In this document: in pieces, positions 19,521-29,369 of the stretch
Position numbering within the stretch: position 1 is the first letter of the stretch
How the letters are laid out: every line of letters starts with the position of its first letter
Source of the DNA: an uncultured Eubacteriales bacterium
GTDB taxonomy: Bacteria; Bacillota; Clostridia; TANB77; CAG-508
Direction of reading: 5' to 3'
Assembly: GCA_949294555.1 (NCBI GenBank)
Contig: CASFHP010000008.1
Location: 583 to 64,582, forward strand
DNA: 64,000 bases
Position numbers and translations under genes: made by a program
Notes under the pieces: generated by a model
The model's input: the letters and a program-made list of their open reading frames with translations, nothing else
Database searches by the model: none
What the model was told of the DNA's origin: nothing

Positions 19521-21170
19521 ATGAAAAAACCAGAAAGGCAAAGAAGTAATGGGATTACTTTAATCGCACTAGTCATAACTGTGATTGTATTGTTAATATT
19601 GGCTGGAATTACAATAAGTGCCATAACAGGAGAAAATGGAATTATAGGAAATGCTGGAAGAGCCAAAGAAGAAACAGAAATAGCCAATGAAAAAGACATT
19701 TTGGAAAAAGCAACCGTGCAGGCAATGGGAAATAACAAGTATGGAAATATTGAAGAAGAAGAATTACAAGAGCAACTAGACAAAGAAACAGGAGAAGGAA
19801 AAACAGAGGCAAGAGATGTTGGAGAAGAGTTTGAGGTATTATTCAAAGAAAGTAACAGATATTATACTATTGATAAAAATGGAAATGTAGGAGAAGCAAA
19901 TACATATGAAGAAGACAAATATCCAGGAGATATTACTGTTGGAAAAGATGGAGAAAAATTAGATGGAAATACAGAAGAAACAGCATATCAAATTTGGTGT
20001 ATAGAAGATTTGGTGGCATTTTGCAACATGGTAAATGGAGAAGGTATAAGACTAGAAAATGGAGAAGCAGTACCAATAACATATAGAAATAGCTTTGCTT
20101 CTAAATATGTTGTACTAAAAGCAAACTTAAATTTTAAATCTAATTTGTCATATCAGAATAGTGAAAGAACAGACTTTGGGGATATTAATGGAAATACAGA
20201 AGATGGGAATACTTTGATAAATGAAATGACAACAGGAACAGGTTTTAAACCAATAGGAACAGGTGGTACTTTTGCAGGAAATTTTGATGGAGACAGTCAT
20301 GAGTTAAAAAATATCCATATTAATTGTCCAGAAAGTACAGTAGGACTATTTGGAACAATAGGTGGAACTACTAATGAAGTGAATATACAAAATATAACGA
20401 TTTCTGGAAATATGATAGGTAGTACGGGAGGTGGCATTGTTGGTTATGTGAATATGACTTCAGAAGCACCAACAGAAAATTTAATAACAATAGAAAATTG
20501 TATTAATAATGCAACAATAGAAACGACAGATACAAGTGGAGGAATTGTAGGATATCGATCAACCAATAATGATACTAGAAGTCTAATTATTGCAAATTGT
20601 ATAAATAATGGAACAATTGAAGGAACAACTTCAGGAGGAATAATAGGAATGGCTTATAGAACGGTAAAGATTATTAATTGTTGCAATAGTGGAAATATAA
20701 TTAATAATCAAAATACAGGAAGCTACATTGGAGCAGGCGGTATTGTTGGAACCAGTATGTATAAAATTGCTATTATTAATTGCTATAATTTAGGAAATAT
20801 AGAATCAAAAGGAAATGCAGGAGGAATTATAGGATATTCGTATTGGGCAGAAAAAAGTATAGAAAATTGTTATAGCATAGGAAAAATATCTGGAAGTGTT
20901 GCTGGTGGTATTATAGGAGGGTTAAACTTAAGTAATGATTTACTAACTACAAAAAATTGCTATTATTTGAATACCAATATTTCAAAAGGAATTGGTGGTT
21001 GGAATTCTAGTGCAGAAGCATTGGAAGATATCCAAGGGGTTACAGATACGGAAATGAAATCAAGTGAAATATTAGGAATATTCAATCAATATGTAACAGA
21101 AAATAAAACAAAAGAAGGAATTGATTTAAAAAGTTGGATACAAGAAAAAGATGGATATCCAATATTTTAG
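19521..21170 (+). CDS. Type IV pilin-like N-terminus fused to GLUG/GGIVG-repeat domain (putative adhesin)
   Basis: RBS aaggagg; RSNG|ITLIALVITVIVLLILAGITI class III signal-like; FAGNFDG; repeated GGIVG/NCxNxG units. Confidence 0.75.
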   Translation: MKKPERQRSNGITLIALVITVIVLLILAGITISAITGENGIIGNAGRAKEETEIANEKDILEKATVQAMGNNKYGNIEEEELQEQLDKETGEGKTEARDVGEEFEVLFKESNRYYTIDKNGNVGEANTYEEDKYPGDITVGKDGEKLDGNTEETAYQIWCIEDLVAFCNMVNGEGIRLENGEAVPITYRNSFASKYVVLKANLNFKSNLSYQNSERTDFGDINGNTEDGNTLINEMTTGTGFKPIGTGGTFAGNFDGDSHELKNIHINCPESTVGLFGTIGGTTNEVNIQNITISGNMIGSTGGGIVGYVNMTSEAPTENLITIENCINNATIETTDTSGGIVGYRSTNNDTRSLIIANCINNGTIEGTTSGGIIGMAYRTVKIINCCNSGNIINNQNTGSYIGAGGIVGTSMYKIAIINCYNLGNIESKGNAGGIIGYSYWAEKSIENCYSIGKISGSVAGGIIGGLNLSNDLLTTKNCYYLNTNISKGIGGWNSSAEALEDIQGVTDTEMKSSEILGIFNQYVTENKTKEGIDLKSWIQEKDGYPIF

Positions 21171-21319
21171 TGAATTGACATACTGTATTGTGTTACAGCA
21201 ATAATCTCAAAATAAATCAACAAATTTTAATAAAATAAAAAAATCCTTCCAAAAACTTGTAATTTTTCATAATATTGGTATAATAATAAATGGACAAACA
21301 AGAGAAAGGGAGGATTTTT

Positions 21320-22462
21320 ATGTTAAAGAAAGTAGCAATACTAGCAAATGGTGGAGATGTATCAGGATTTAATGCTGTTATCAGAGCAATTAAGAAAACA
21401 TGCGAAACAAACGGAATTGAATGTTATGGGTATATTGATGGATACAGAGGATTAGTAAAAAATAATTATATTCGATTAGATGGAAATGAAATTGCTTCAG
21501 GAATTTTGCCAAAAGGTGGTTCCATTATTGGTTCATCAACAAATGCAATTGTGTTCCATTACAAAGTAGAACATGAAGATGGAACAGTAACATATGAAGA
21601 TTTATCAGACCAATGCGTAAAAAATGTAAAAGAAGCAGGATTTGACTGTGTATTTACATTAGGAGGAGACAGTACACAAAAATCTGCAAGAGACTTATTC
21701 TTAAAAGGAATTAATACAATTGGTGTGCCAAAAACAATAGATAATGATGTTGCATGTACAGATATTACATTTGGATATAATACAGCAGTTCATGTAGCAA
21801 CTGAAGCATTAGATAGATTACACACAACAGCCGAAACACATGATAGAATTATGGTATTAGAAGTTATGGGAAGATTTGCAGGATGGATAGCCTTAGAATC
21901 TGCAATTTCTGGAGGAGCAGATGTTGCCCTAATTCCAGAAATACCATATGATATCAACAAAGCGGCAGAAGCAATTAATAAGAGAAAAGAACATGGAAAG
22001 AGATTTAGTGTTGTTGTTGTATCAGAAGGTGCACATCCAAAAGATGAAGAGGGAACAACACATTCAGCAGAAGGAATTGACAATAAAGCAGGAATCAGTG
22101 TTAAATTTGGAGGAGAAGGAAACAGAGTTGCCAAAAAACTTCAAGAATTAACAGGACTAGAATCAAGATGTACTATCTTAGGATATATGCAAAGAGGAGG
22201 AACACCAACAGCATATGATAGAGTATTGTCAACAAAATATGGTGCCAAAGCAGTAGAACTTGCAATGGAAGGAAAATTTGGTGTTTTAACCGTTATCAAA
22301 AATGGAAAATTAGACTGTGTACCATTAGAAATTGTTGTTGGAGAAAACAAAGAAATTGGTGCAGTACAAGGTGGTACAGCAGAAAGTAATGTAAGATATG
22401 TAACAATGGATGATGATTTAGTAAAAACAGCAAGAGATATCGGAATTTGTTTAGGCGATTAG
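21320..22462 (+). CDS. pfkA: 6-phosphofructokinase (PfkA family)
   Basis: GGDVSGFNAVIR, GGDST, PKTIDND, EVMGRFAGW, LGYMQRGG. Confidence 0.9.
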   Translation: MLKKVAILANGGDVSGFNAVIRAIKKTCETNGIECYGYIDGYRGLVKNNYIRLDGNEIASGILPKGGSIIGSSTNAIVFHYKVEHEDGTVTYEDLSDQCVKNVKEAGFDCVFTLGGDSTQKSARDLFLKGINTIGVPKTIDNDVACTDITFGYNTAVHVATEALDRLHTTAETHDRIMVLEVMGRFAGWIALESAISGGADVALIPEIPYDINKAAEAINKRKEHGKRFSVVVVSEGAHPKDEEGTTHSAEGIDNKAGISVKFGGEGNRVAKKLQELTGLESRCTILGYMQRGGTPTAYDRVLSTKYGAKAVELAMEGKFGVLTVIKNGKLDCVPLEIVVGENKEIGAVQGGTAESNVRYVTMDDDLVKTARDIGICLGD

Positions 22463-22488
22463 GGACGTGTCGAAACGTTCCTTTTTTT
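22462..22488 (+). terminator. Rho-independent terminator
   Basis: gggacgt...acgttcc hairpin followed by T7. Confidence 0.7.
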
Positions 22489-22581
22489 ATTACATTTATA
22501 TTACATTTTTATTTTTTTATTGTGATAAAAAAATATTATTGGTATAATTTGGGTATAATAAAATACGAAGGAGGAATCGTT

Positions 22582-23748
22582 ATGTTAAAATCAAATGTAG
22601 CATGGAGCACAAATGAAGATAGTTATACACAAGGAAAAGAGGCTGCTGAGAAAGCAGTCGTAGATTTAGTGCAAACAAAAGTAGCATTTTTATATACATC
22701 AGTAGATTGTGACGTAAACAAAGTTTTAGAGGGAGCAAAATCAGAATTGGGAACAGCCCCAATTATTGGATGTACTTCAAGTGCAGGTATTATTGTACCA
22801 GATGGATTTATTTCATCAGACCATGGATTTACAGGAATATTGGCTTTAGGAGACCCAGATACAGAAGTTGGTGTTGCAAGTTCTGAAAGAGGAAAAGACC
22901 CAAGAGAAACTGGTAGAAAAGTTGCAATGGAAGCTATGAAAATGGCAGGTAGAACAGATGCACCAGCATATTTCTATATGGTAGCTTCTCCTGCTGAAGA
23001 AGAATTCTATATTAAAGGAATTGAAGATGTTATCGGTAGAGTTCCAGTATTTGGTGGAAGTGCAGCAGATAACACAGTTGAAGGCAAATGGAGCATTTAT
23101 ACAAATGATAAAATATTTGCAGATGGTGTTGCAGTAGCATTTTTCTATACAGATAAAGAAATGAAAAACGTATACACAGGAGAATATCACGAAACAACAA
23201 ATTCTGGTGTTATCACAAAAATCAAAGGAAATAGAACTTTAGTAGAAATTGATGGAACATCAGCACTTAAAAAATATTCTTCATGGACAGGCAAGAAAAT
23301 GAAAGATTTAGAAGGAAACAACTTATTGGTTTCAACAATAACAGCACCTCTAGGAGTAAAAGATAGATTAGGAGATTTAATAGCAATCCGTCATCCAATG
23401 TATGGAAATGAAGATGGTTCTATGAATATAGGTGCAAACCTAGCAGTTAATACAGCTGTTATTCAAATGGAAGCATCAGTAGATGAACTTATCGATTCTA
23501 CAGGAAAAACAATGAAAGAATTAAATAAAGAAATGAATGGAGAAGTAGGAGCATATCTATTAGTTCATTGTGGTGGAAGAAGATTAGGCATTGGAGACAG
23601 AATTGATGAAGTAGCAAAACAATTAAAGAAACAAGCAAAAGGTGTACCATTTATCACAATATTTACATTTGGAGAATATGGTGTAAAAGATCATGGAGCA
23701 AATACGACAGGAGGTTTAATGCTATCATTTACAGCATTTGGTAAATGA
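22582..23748 (+). CDS. FIST N/C domain protein
   Basis: IIGCTSSAG, VFGGSAAD, LVEIDG, HCGGRR, FTFGEYG motifs. Confidence 0.85.
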   Translation: MLKSNVAWSTNEDSYTQGKEAAEKAVVDLVQTKVAFLYTSVDCDVNKVLEGAKSELGTAPIIGCTSSAGIIVPDGFISSDHGFTGILALGDPDTEVGVASSERGKDPRETGRKVAMEAMKMAGRTDAPAYFYMVASPAEEEFYIKGIEDVIGRVPVFGGSAADNTVEGKWSIYTNDKIFADGVAVAFFYTDKEMKNVYTGEYHETTNSGVITKIKGNRTLVEIDGTSALKKYSSWTGKKMKDLEGNNLLVSTITAPLGVKDRLGDLIAIRHPMYGNEDGSMNIGANLAVNTAVIQMEASVDELIDSTGKTMKELNKEMNGEVGAYLLVHCGGRRLGIGDRIDEVAKQLKKQAKGVPFITIFTFGEYGVKDHGANTTGGLMLSFTAFGK

Positions 23749-23880
23749 AGAGCAGGGGAAAAACCACAATCCAAAGAAAATTATGAATGTACAACTGAGA
23801 ATTACAAAACAAAAGACGGAAATACTGTAGAAGTAACCGTTTGTAAAAATAAAAATCTTGATAAGAAGGAGGGAACAACA

Positions 23881-25314
23881 GTGAAAAATTTAATCGGATA
23901 TGAATGGAAAGAAGCTTCAAATGGAGCAAAAATAGAGGTTGTAAATCCTGCAACACAAGAATTAATTGATACAGTACCAAATGTATCAGAAGAAGATGTA
24001 GATGAAGCTGTAAAAGTAGCTATAGTAGAACAAAAGAAATGGGAAAAAGTATCAATCTATGAAAGAGCAGATATATTATATAAATTTGTTGATTTAGTAG
24101 AAGAAAATAAAGAAAGACTAGCTGTTTTATTATCAAATGAAACAGGAAAACCAATCAAAGAAGCAAGAGGAGAAATTGCAAATGTTAGAATTGGTACAAG
24201 AGGATTTATTGAAAGAGCAAAACACTTATATGGAGAAAGTATACCAGCAGGAACAGAAGCTGGACAAGAAACAACAATGCAAATCACAAAAAGATACCCA
24301 ATTGGTGTCATTGCTGCAATTATCCCATTCAACTTCCCAAGCGACTTATTCTGCCAAAAAGTACCACCAGCATTAATGATGGGAAATAGTATTATTGTAA
24401 AACCATCAAATTATAACCCATTAACATTAATTGAATATGTAAAATTAATGATTGAAGCAGGTGTGCCAGCAGGATGTATTCAAATATTAACAGGAGATGG
24501 ACCAACAGCAGGACAAGCACTAGCAAGACATCCAGGAGTTCACTTAGTATCACTAACTGGAGGAACAGCAGCTGGAATTCAAACAATGGGAACAGCATCA
24601 AAAAATTTAACACATGTTATGCTAGAATTAGGTGGAAATGATGCCTTTATCTTCTTAGAAGATGGAGACATGGACTTAGCAGTAAAAGAAACCATTTGGG
24701 GAAGATTATATAATGGTGGACAAGTTTGTTGTGCAAGCAAGAGATTTTTAATCCACAATTCTAGAAAACAAGAATTCATAGATAGAATGAAAGATGTAAT
24801 CGCTAATTTAAAAGTGGGAGACCCAATGCAAGAAGATACAGATATGGGACCAATGATTAACATCAATGCAGCAAAAAGAATAGAAGAACAAGTAAATCAA
24901 ATGGTAGCAGAAGGTGCAACAATCGTTTGTGGCGGAAAGAGAGAAGATGCTTACTATTACCCAACAATTTTAGATAATGTAACCAAAGATATGGAAGTTG
25001 CAAAAGACATGGAAATCTTTGGACCAGTTATTTCTGTAATTGGATTTGATGATGTAGAAGAAGCTATTGAAATTGCAAACCAATCTTCATATGGATTATG
25101 TGGATGTGTCATTTCAAAAGATTATTCAAGAGCAATGAAAATAGCAGATAGATTAGAATGTGGTGGAGCAGTTGTTAATGGTGCAAGCTTCTATCGTTCA
25201 TTCGAAATGCCATTTGGTGGATGGAAACATTCAGGAATTGGAAATGAAGGTGTTTTAACAACCTTGCAAGAAATGTCAAGAGTAAAAACAATTGTATTGA
25301 AAAATATATTATAA
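23881..25314 (+). CDS. NAD-dependent aldehyde dehydrogenase (possibly lactaldehyde dehydrogenase)
   Basis: PFNFP, LELGGND, GQVCCA, EIFGPV, PFGGWKHSGIG. Confidence 0.92.
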   Translation: MKNLIGYEWKEASNGAKIEVVNPATQELIDTVPNVSEEDVDEAVKVAIVEQKKWEKVSIYERADILYKFVDLVEENKERLAVLLSNETGKPIKEARGEIANVRIGTRGFIERAKHLYGESIPAGTEAGQETTMQITKRYPIGVIAAIIPFNFPSDLFCQKVPPALMMGNSIIVKPSNYNPLTLIEYVKLMIEAGVPAGCIQILTGDGPTAGQALARHPGVHLVSLTGGTAAGIQTMGTASKNLTHVMLELGGNDAFIFLEDGDMDLAVKETIWGRLYNGGQVCCASKRFLIHNSRKQEFIDRMKDVIANLKVGDPMQEDTDMGPMININAAKRIEEQVNQMVAEGATIVCGGKREDAYYYPTILDNVTKDMEVAKDMEIFGPVISVIGFDDVEEAIEIANQSSYGLCGCVISKDYSRAMKIADRLECGGAVVNGASFYRSFEMPFGGWKHSGIGNEGVLTTLQEMSRVKTIVLKNIL

Positions 25315-25316
25315 TG

Positions 25317-25373
25317 TTCAACAAGGGAGATGATGATTTTTTCTCCGTCCCCAAATCATCATCTCCTGTTGAA
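25317..25373. repeat. Single REP-like unit of family G
   Basis: ggagatgatgattt-[tttctccgtcccc]-aaatcatcatctcc hairpin. Confidence 0.8.
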
Positions 25374-25396
25374 TATCTAAGAAAAGGTGAGATAAA

Positions 25397-26041
25397 ATGG
25401 ATAAGAAAAAGAAAATCATAATTATTTCAGTAAGTGTATTAATCGCTATCATTATCATTTGTGTAGCAATTTATTTCATAACAAGAAATGTAGCAGAAGA
25501 AGCGAATGAAAATAAATTAGCAAAAATGTATAATCGAATGATGGAAAATGAAACATATAGCATCAATTTTAAATTAGATGATAACAATCAATATACGGTT
25601 TCAAGAAAAGAAAATGTGGCAAATATTGACACATATAGTGATGGAACACACACAGCAGACATTATTCGAGATGGAAATACCATGTTACTATTGTATAGCA
25701 CTAACAGATATTATACGTACCAAAATAATGAATTAGGATTAACACAATTATCAAACATGTTAGATAATATCATTCAAAGTCAAGAACCAGAAAAGGGCGA
25801 AGAAGAAATCAATGGAAAAAAATATCGCTATGAAGAATACAAAGGTGTTTCTGATTTCTTAATGAACACAGAAAATACGGTTTCTGAAGAAGAAACCAAT
25901 ACAAGATTTTATTTTGATGGCGATGATTTGAAATATATCAGAACAATCATGGGAGAAGAATCTGAACTTGTTCAAGTAGATACATCTTACCAAGTAGATG
26001 ATAGTATATTTGAAATACCAGCAGACTTTGAAGAAGGCTAA
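25397..26041 (+). CDS. Hypothetical membrane-anchored extracytoplasmic protein
   Basis: N-terminal TM; C-terminal DDSIFEIPADF resembles LolA-like/DUF4412 tails. Confidence 0.6.
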   Translation: MDKKKKIIIISVSVLIAIIIICVAIYFITRNVAEEANENKLAKMYNRMMENETYSINFKLDDNNQYTVSRKENVANIDTYSDGTHTADIIRDGNTMLLLYSTNRYYTYQNNELGLTQLSNMLDNIIQSQEPEKGEEEINGKKYRYEEYKGVSDFLMNTENTVSEEETNTRFYFDGDDLKYIRTIMGEESELVQVDTSYQVDDSIFEIPADFEEG

Positions 26042-26220
26042 TTTTAGAAAGAAATAGTAGAAAAAAATGATTTTTCCTATTCAATAAAAAATGACGGACC
26101 AAAATTAATGAGTCCGCATTTTCCTTGCATTATAGGAACTTGCATTTCCAATAATGTAAAAAAACAAAATTGTTTAATTTGAAGTTTTATAAATAAAAAA
26201 AGTTAAGGAGGAAAAGCAAA

Positions 26221-27375
26221 ATGTCAATGAAATTTGTTTTAAATGAAACGTCATATTTTGGAAAAGGAGCAAGAGAAGAGCTTGCAGGAGAAATCCAAAA
26301 AAGAGGATTTAAAAAAGTATTTTTAGTAAGTGATAAATCTTTAGTAGAAGCAGGTGTTGCAGCTAAAGTAGAAGAAGTATTAAATAAAGCAAATATACCA
26401 TATGATTTATATGATGAAATCAAACCAAATCCAACGATAAAAAATGTAACAGATGGTGTTGAAGCTTGTAAAAACTCAGGAGCAGATTTAATTGTTGCTG
26501 TAGGTGGAGGTTCAAGTATCGATACAGCAAAAGGAATTTCAATAGTAATGACAAATCCAGATAGAGCAGATATTAAATCATTAAATGGAGCTTCTAATAC
26601 AGTAAATAGAGGAATGCCAATAATTGCACTTCCAACAACAGCAGGAACAGCAGCAGAAGTTACTATAAACTATGTTATCACAGATGAAGAAGCAGAAATT
26701 AAAATGGTTTGTGTAGACCCAAATGACATACCAATTTTAGCAATTATCGACTCAGAATTAATGGCAACAATGCCAAAGAGTTTAGCAGCAGCAACAGGTA
26801 TGGATGCTTTAACACATGCAGTGGAAGGATATATCACATTAGCACATAATGAAATGTCAGATATGTTTCATATGAAGGCTATCAAAATGATATTCAAATA
26901 TTTATCTGCAGCCGTTAATGATAAAGATGATAAAGCAATTGAAATGATGGGAATGGCACAATATATTGCTGGAATGGGATTCTCAAATGTAGGTCTTGGA
27001 ATTGTTCACTCAATGGCACATCAATTAGGAGCTGTATATGACACACCACACGGAATTGCAAATGCGATGTTGCTTCCAACTGTTATGGAATTCAATGGCG
27101 AAGTTTGCTATGAGAGATTTAGAGATATCTTAAAAGAATTAGGATATCCAGCTGATAAATATACAAAAGAAGAAGTTATTAAAACTTTTGTCAATAAAAT
27201 TAAAGATTTATCAGAAGAAGTTGGCATTACAACAAAAATTACAGATTATGGAGCAAAAGAAGAAGATTTTGAAATGCTTGCTGAGAAAGCAATGAATGAC
27301 CCATGTAAACCAGGAAATCCAAGAGATGTTGATAAAGAAACTTTTGTAGAGTTATTTAGAAAAGCAGCAAAATAA
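26221..27375 (+). CDS. fucO: Iron-containing alcohol dehydrogenase, lactaldehyde reductase
   Basis: VLNETSYFG, GGGSSIDTAK, PTTAGTAAEVTINYVITD, HSMAHQLG, HGIANA, GNPR. Confidence 0.88.
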   Translation: MSMKFVLNETSYFGKGAREELAGEIQKRGFKKVFLVSDKSLVEAGVAAKVEEVLNKANIPYDLYDEIKPNPTIKNVTDGVEACKNSGADLIVAVGGGSSIDTAKGISIVMTNPDRADIKSLNGASNTVNRGMPIIALPTTAGTAAEVTINYVITDEEAEIKMVCVDPNDIPILAIIDSELMATMPKSLAAATGMDALTHAVEGYITLAHNEMSDMFHMKAIKMIFKYLSAAVNDKDDKAIEMMGMAQYIAGMGFSNVGLGIVHSMAHQLGAVYDTPHGIANAMLLPTVMEFNGEVCYERFRDILKELGYPADKYTKEEVIKTFVNKIKDLSEEVGITTKITDYGAKEEDFEMLAEKAMNDPCKPGNPRDVDKETFVELFRKAAK

Positions 27376-27431
27376 AAAAGAATGCATTAATGAAAAAAAC
27401 TATGAGTGGAAGACATTTTATTTAGCTTAAG

Positions 27432-27460
27432 TTGACAAATTACAGAAAAATGACTATAAT
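27432..27460 (+). promoter_or_regulatory. sigma70 promoter
   Basis: TTGACA-17nt-TATAAT consensus. Confidence 0.8.
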
Positions 27461-27495
27461 AATATTAGATATTATATTAGTCAGGAGATGAAAAC

Positions 27496-28713
27496 ATGAA
27501 ATATATAAAAAGATTAGCCGAAAATGTAATTCAAAAACAAGAAAAAATGTTTAAAACAATATTAGTGACTGGTGCAAGACAAGTTGGAAAAACAACAATG
27601 TTAAAAAACATAAAACCAGATATTAATTATATAACATTAGATGATATGCTTTTAAATCAATCAGCAATGGAAGAACCAGAATTATTTTTAAAAGCTAATA
27701 AACCTCCAATTATAATTGACGAAATACAATATGCACCCAATTTATTAAGATATATAAAAATGGCAGTGGATAGCAGTGAAGAAAAGGCAATGTTCTATTT
27801 AACAGGGTCACAACAATTTGATTTAATGAAGGACGTTAGTGAAAGTTTAGCAGGGAGAGTAGGAATTTTAAACTTGTTAGGATTGAGCCTTAGAGAAGTA
27901 AAGGAAATTGATTTTAACGAGCCATTTATACCAACAGAAGAATATTTAAATAAAAGAGAAAAGTGTGTAAAGGAAATTTCTTATGATGAAATATGGAATA
28001 TGATTCATAAGGGAGCTATGCCAGCATTATATCAAGAAGAAAGTGATGTTGACATGTTCTATGCAATGTATGTAAGTACTTATATTGAAAGAGATGTCAG
28101 AAGTTTAACACAAGTTGGAGATACACTTAGTTTTTTGAAATTTATGACGGCATTAGCAAGTAGAATTGGACAATTATTGAATTTGAATAGTATTGCGAAT
28201 GAAGTGGGAATAACTATACCAACAGCACAAAGATGGTTATCTATCTTAGTAGCTTCTAATATTGTCTATGTACTTGAGCCATATTATAACAACATTATGA
28301 AAAGAGCAGTAAAAACACCAAAAGTATATTTTTTGGATACAGGATTAGCAGCATATTTAACGAAATGGAAAACCAGTGAAGTATTAGAAGCAGGGACAAT
28401 GGCTGGAAATTTCTTTGAAAACTATGTGATTGTAGAAATTATTAAAAGCTATTACAATAGTGGAGAATTAAGACCACCAGTATACTTTTACAGAGATAAA
28501 GAAAAGAAAGAAATAGATTTAATTATAGAACAAAATGGCAAACTATATCCAATAGAAATTAAGAAAACAGCCAATCCATCAAAAGTTATGATAGAAAACT
28601 TCAAAGTGCTTGAAACAATAAAAGAAGTTGGAGAAGGCGCAATTATCTGTATGTATGATAAAATAATTAATTTAGATGAAAAAAATAAAGTAATTCCATA
28701 TAAATATTTATAA
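27496..28713 (+). CDS. AAA+ ATPase with DUF4143 domain
   Basis: GARQVGKTT, IIDEIQ, LTGSQ, ESLAGR, KTPKVYFLDTGL, EIDLIIE...PIEIK. Confidence 0.9.
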   Translation: MKYIKRLAENVIQKQEKMFKTILVTGARQVGKTTMLKNIKPDINYITLDDMLLNQSAMEEPELFLKANKPPIIIDEIQYAPNLLRYIKMAVDSSEEKAMFYLTGSQQFDLMKDVSESLAGRVGILNLLGLSLREVKEIDFNEPFIPTEEYLNKREKCVKEISYDEIWNMIHKGAMPALYQEESDVDMFYAMYVSTYIERDVRSLTQVGDTLSFLKFMTALASRIGQLLNLNSIANEVGITIPTAQRWLSILVASNIVYVLEPYYNNIMKRAVKTPKVYFLDTGLAAYLTKWKTSEVLEAGTMAGNFFENYVIVEIIKSYYNSGELRPPVYFYRDKEKKEIDLIIEQNGKLYPIEIKKTANPSKVMIENFKVLETIKEVGEGAIICMYDKIINLDEKNKVIPYKYL

Positions 28714-28774
28714 AAAACACTTGTAAAATTAAAAAAAATGTGTAATAATATTAACATAAAAGAAAAAGACAATA

Positions 28775-29040
28775 AAAAAGAGGAGTAAGTTTACACATAT
28801 TTTTAGAGAATAGAAGTCACTGGCTGGAAGCTTCTTAAATAATGATAAACCGAAGGTAGCTTTTTTGTTGATATTCTGAAAACGATAGTAAGAATATCCG
28901 TTTAAGCAACGTTAAAGGCTAAAGAGATATATAATTGATTTTGTTTTTATCCAAAAATATATAAAAATGAATGATTATATAATTAAGGTGGTACCGTGAA
29001 TATTATTCGCCCTTATGTTTTGCACATAAGGGCGTTTTTG
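28775..29040 (+). promoter_or_regulatory. T-box riboswitch (Val)
   Basis: Stem I AGAGA/GCTG motifs, GUA specifier at 28856-28858, T-box aaggtggtaccgtg 28985-28998, terminator cgcccttatg...cataagggcgttttt. Confidence 0.9.
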
Positions 29041-29075
29041 GTATTTATAAACTAAGTGAATGGAGGAATGATAAA

Positions 29076-29369
29076 ATGGGAAAATTTCAAAAATTTGTGC
29101 CAGGAAGAGTGGACAAAGAGGCAGAAGAAAAGAAGAGATTAAGTGATTTAGAAATGTTAATCTTAAAACCACACACAGAAGGAATTGAAAAACTAACAAG
29201 AGAAGAGTTTAATAAATATATAGATTTAGATGTGGAAGCATTAAAGAAGACAAAAATGAATATAAAAACAATTATTATTGCGCAAGAAACACAAAAAGTT
29301 TTAATAGAACATAAGCAAGAAGTATTAAATAAAATTAAAGAAAAGGAGGAAAAAGAAGATGAACGATAA
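29076..29369 (+). CDS. Hypothetical 97-aa protein between T-box and valS
   Basis: RBS ggagg, ATG; stop overlaps the valS start. Confidence 0.65.
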   Translation: MGKFQKFVPGRVDKEAEEKKRLSDLEMLILKPHTEGIEKLTREEFNKYIDLDVEALKKTKMNIKTIIIAQETQKVLIEHKQEVLNKIKEKEEKEDER

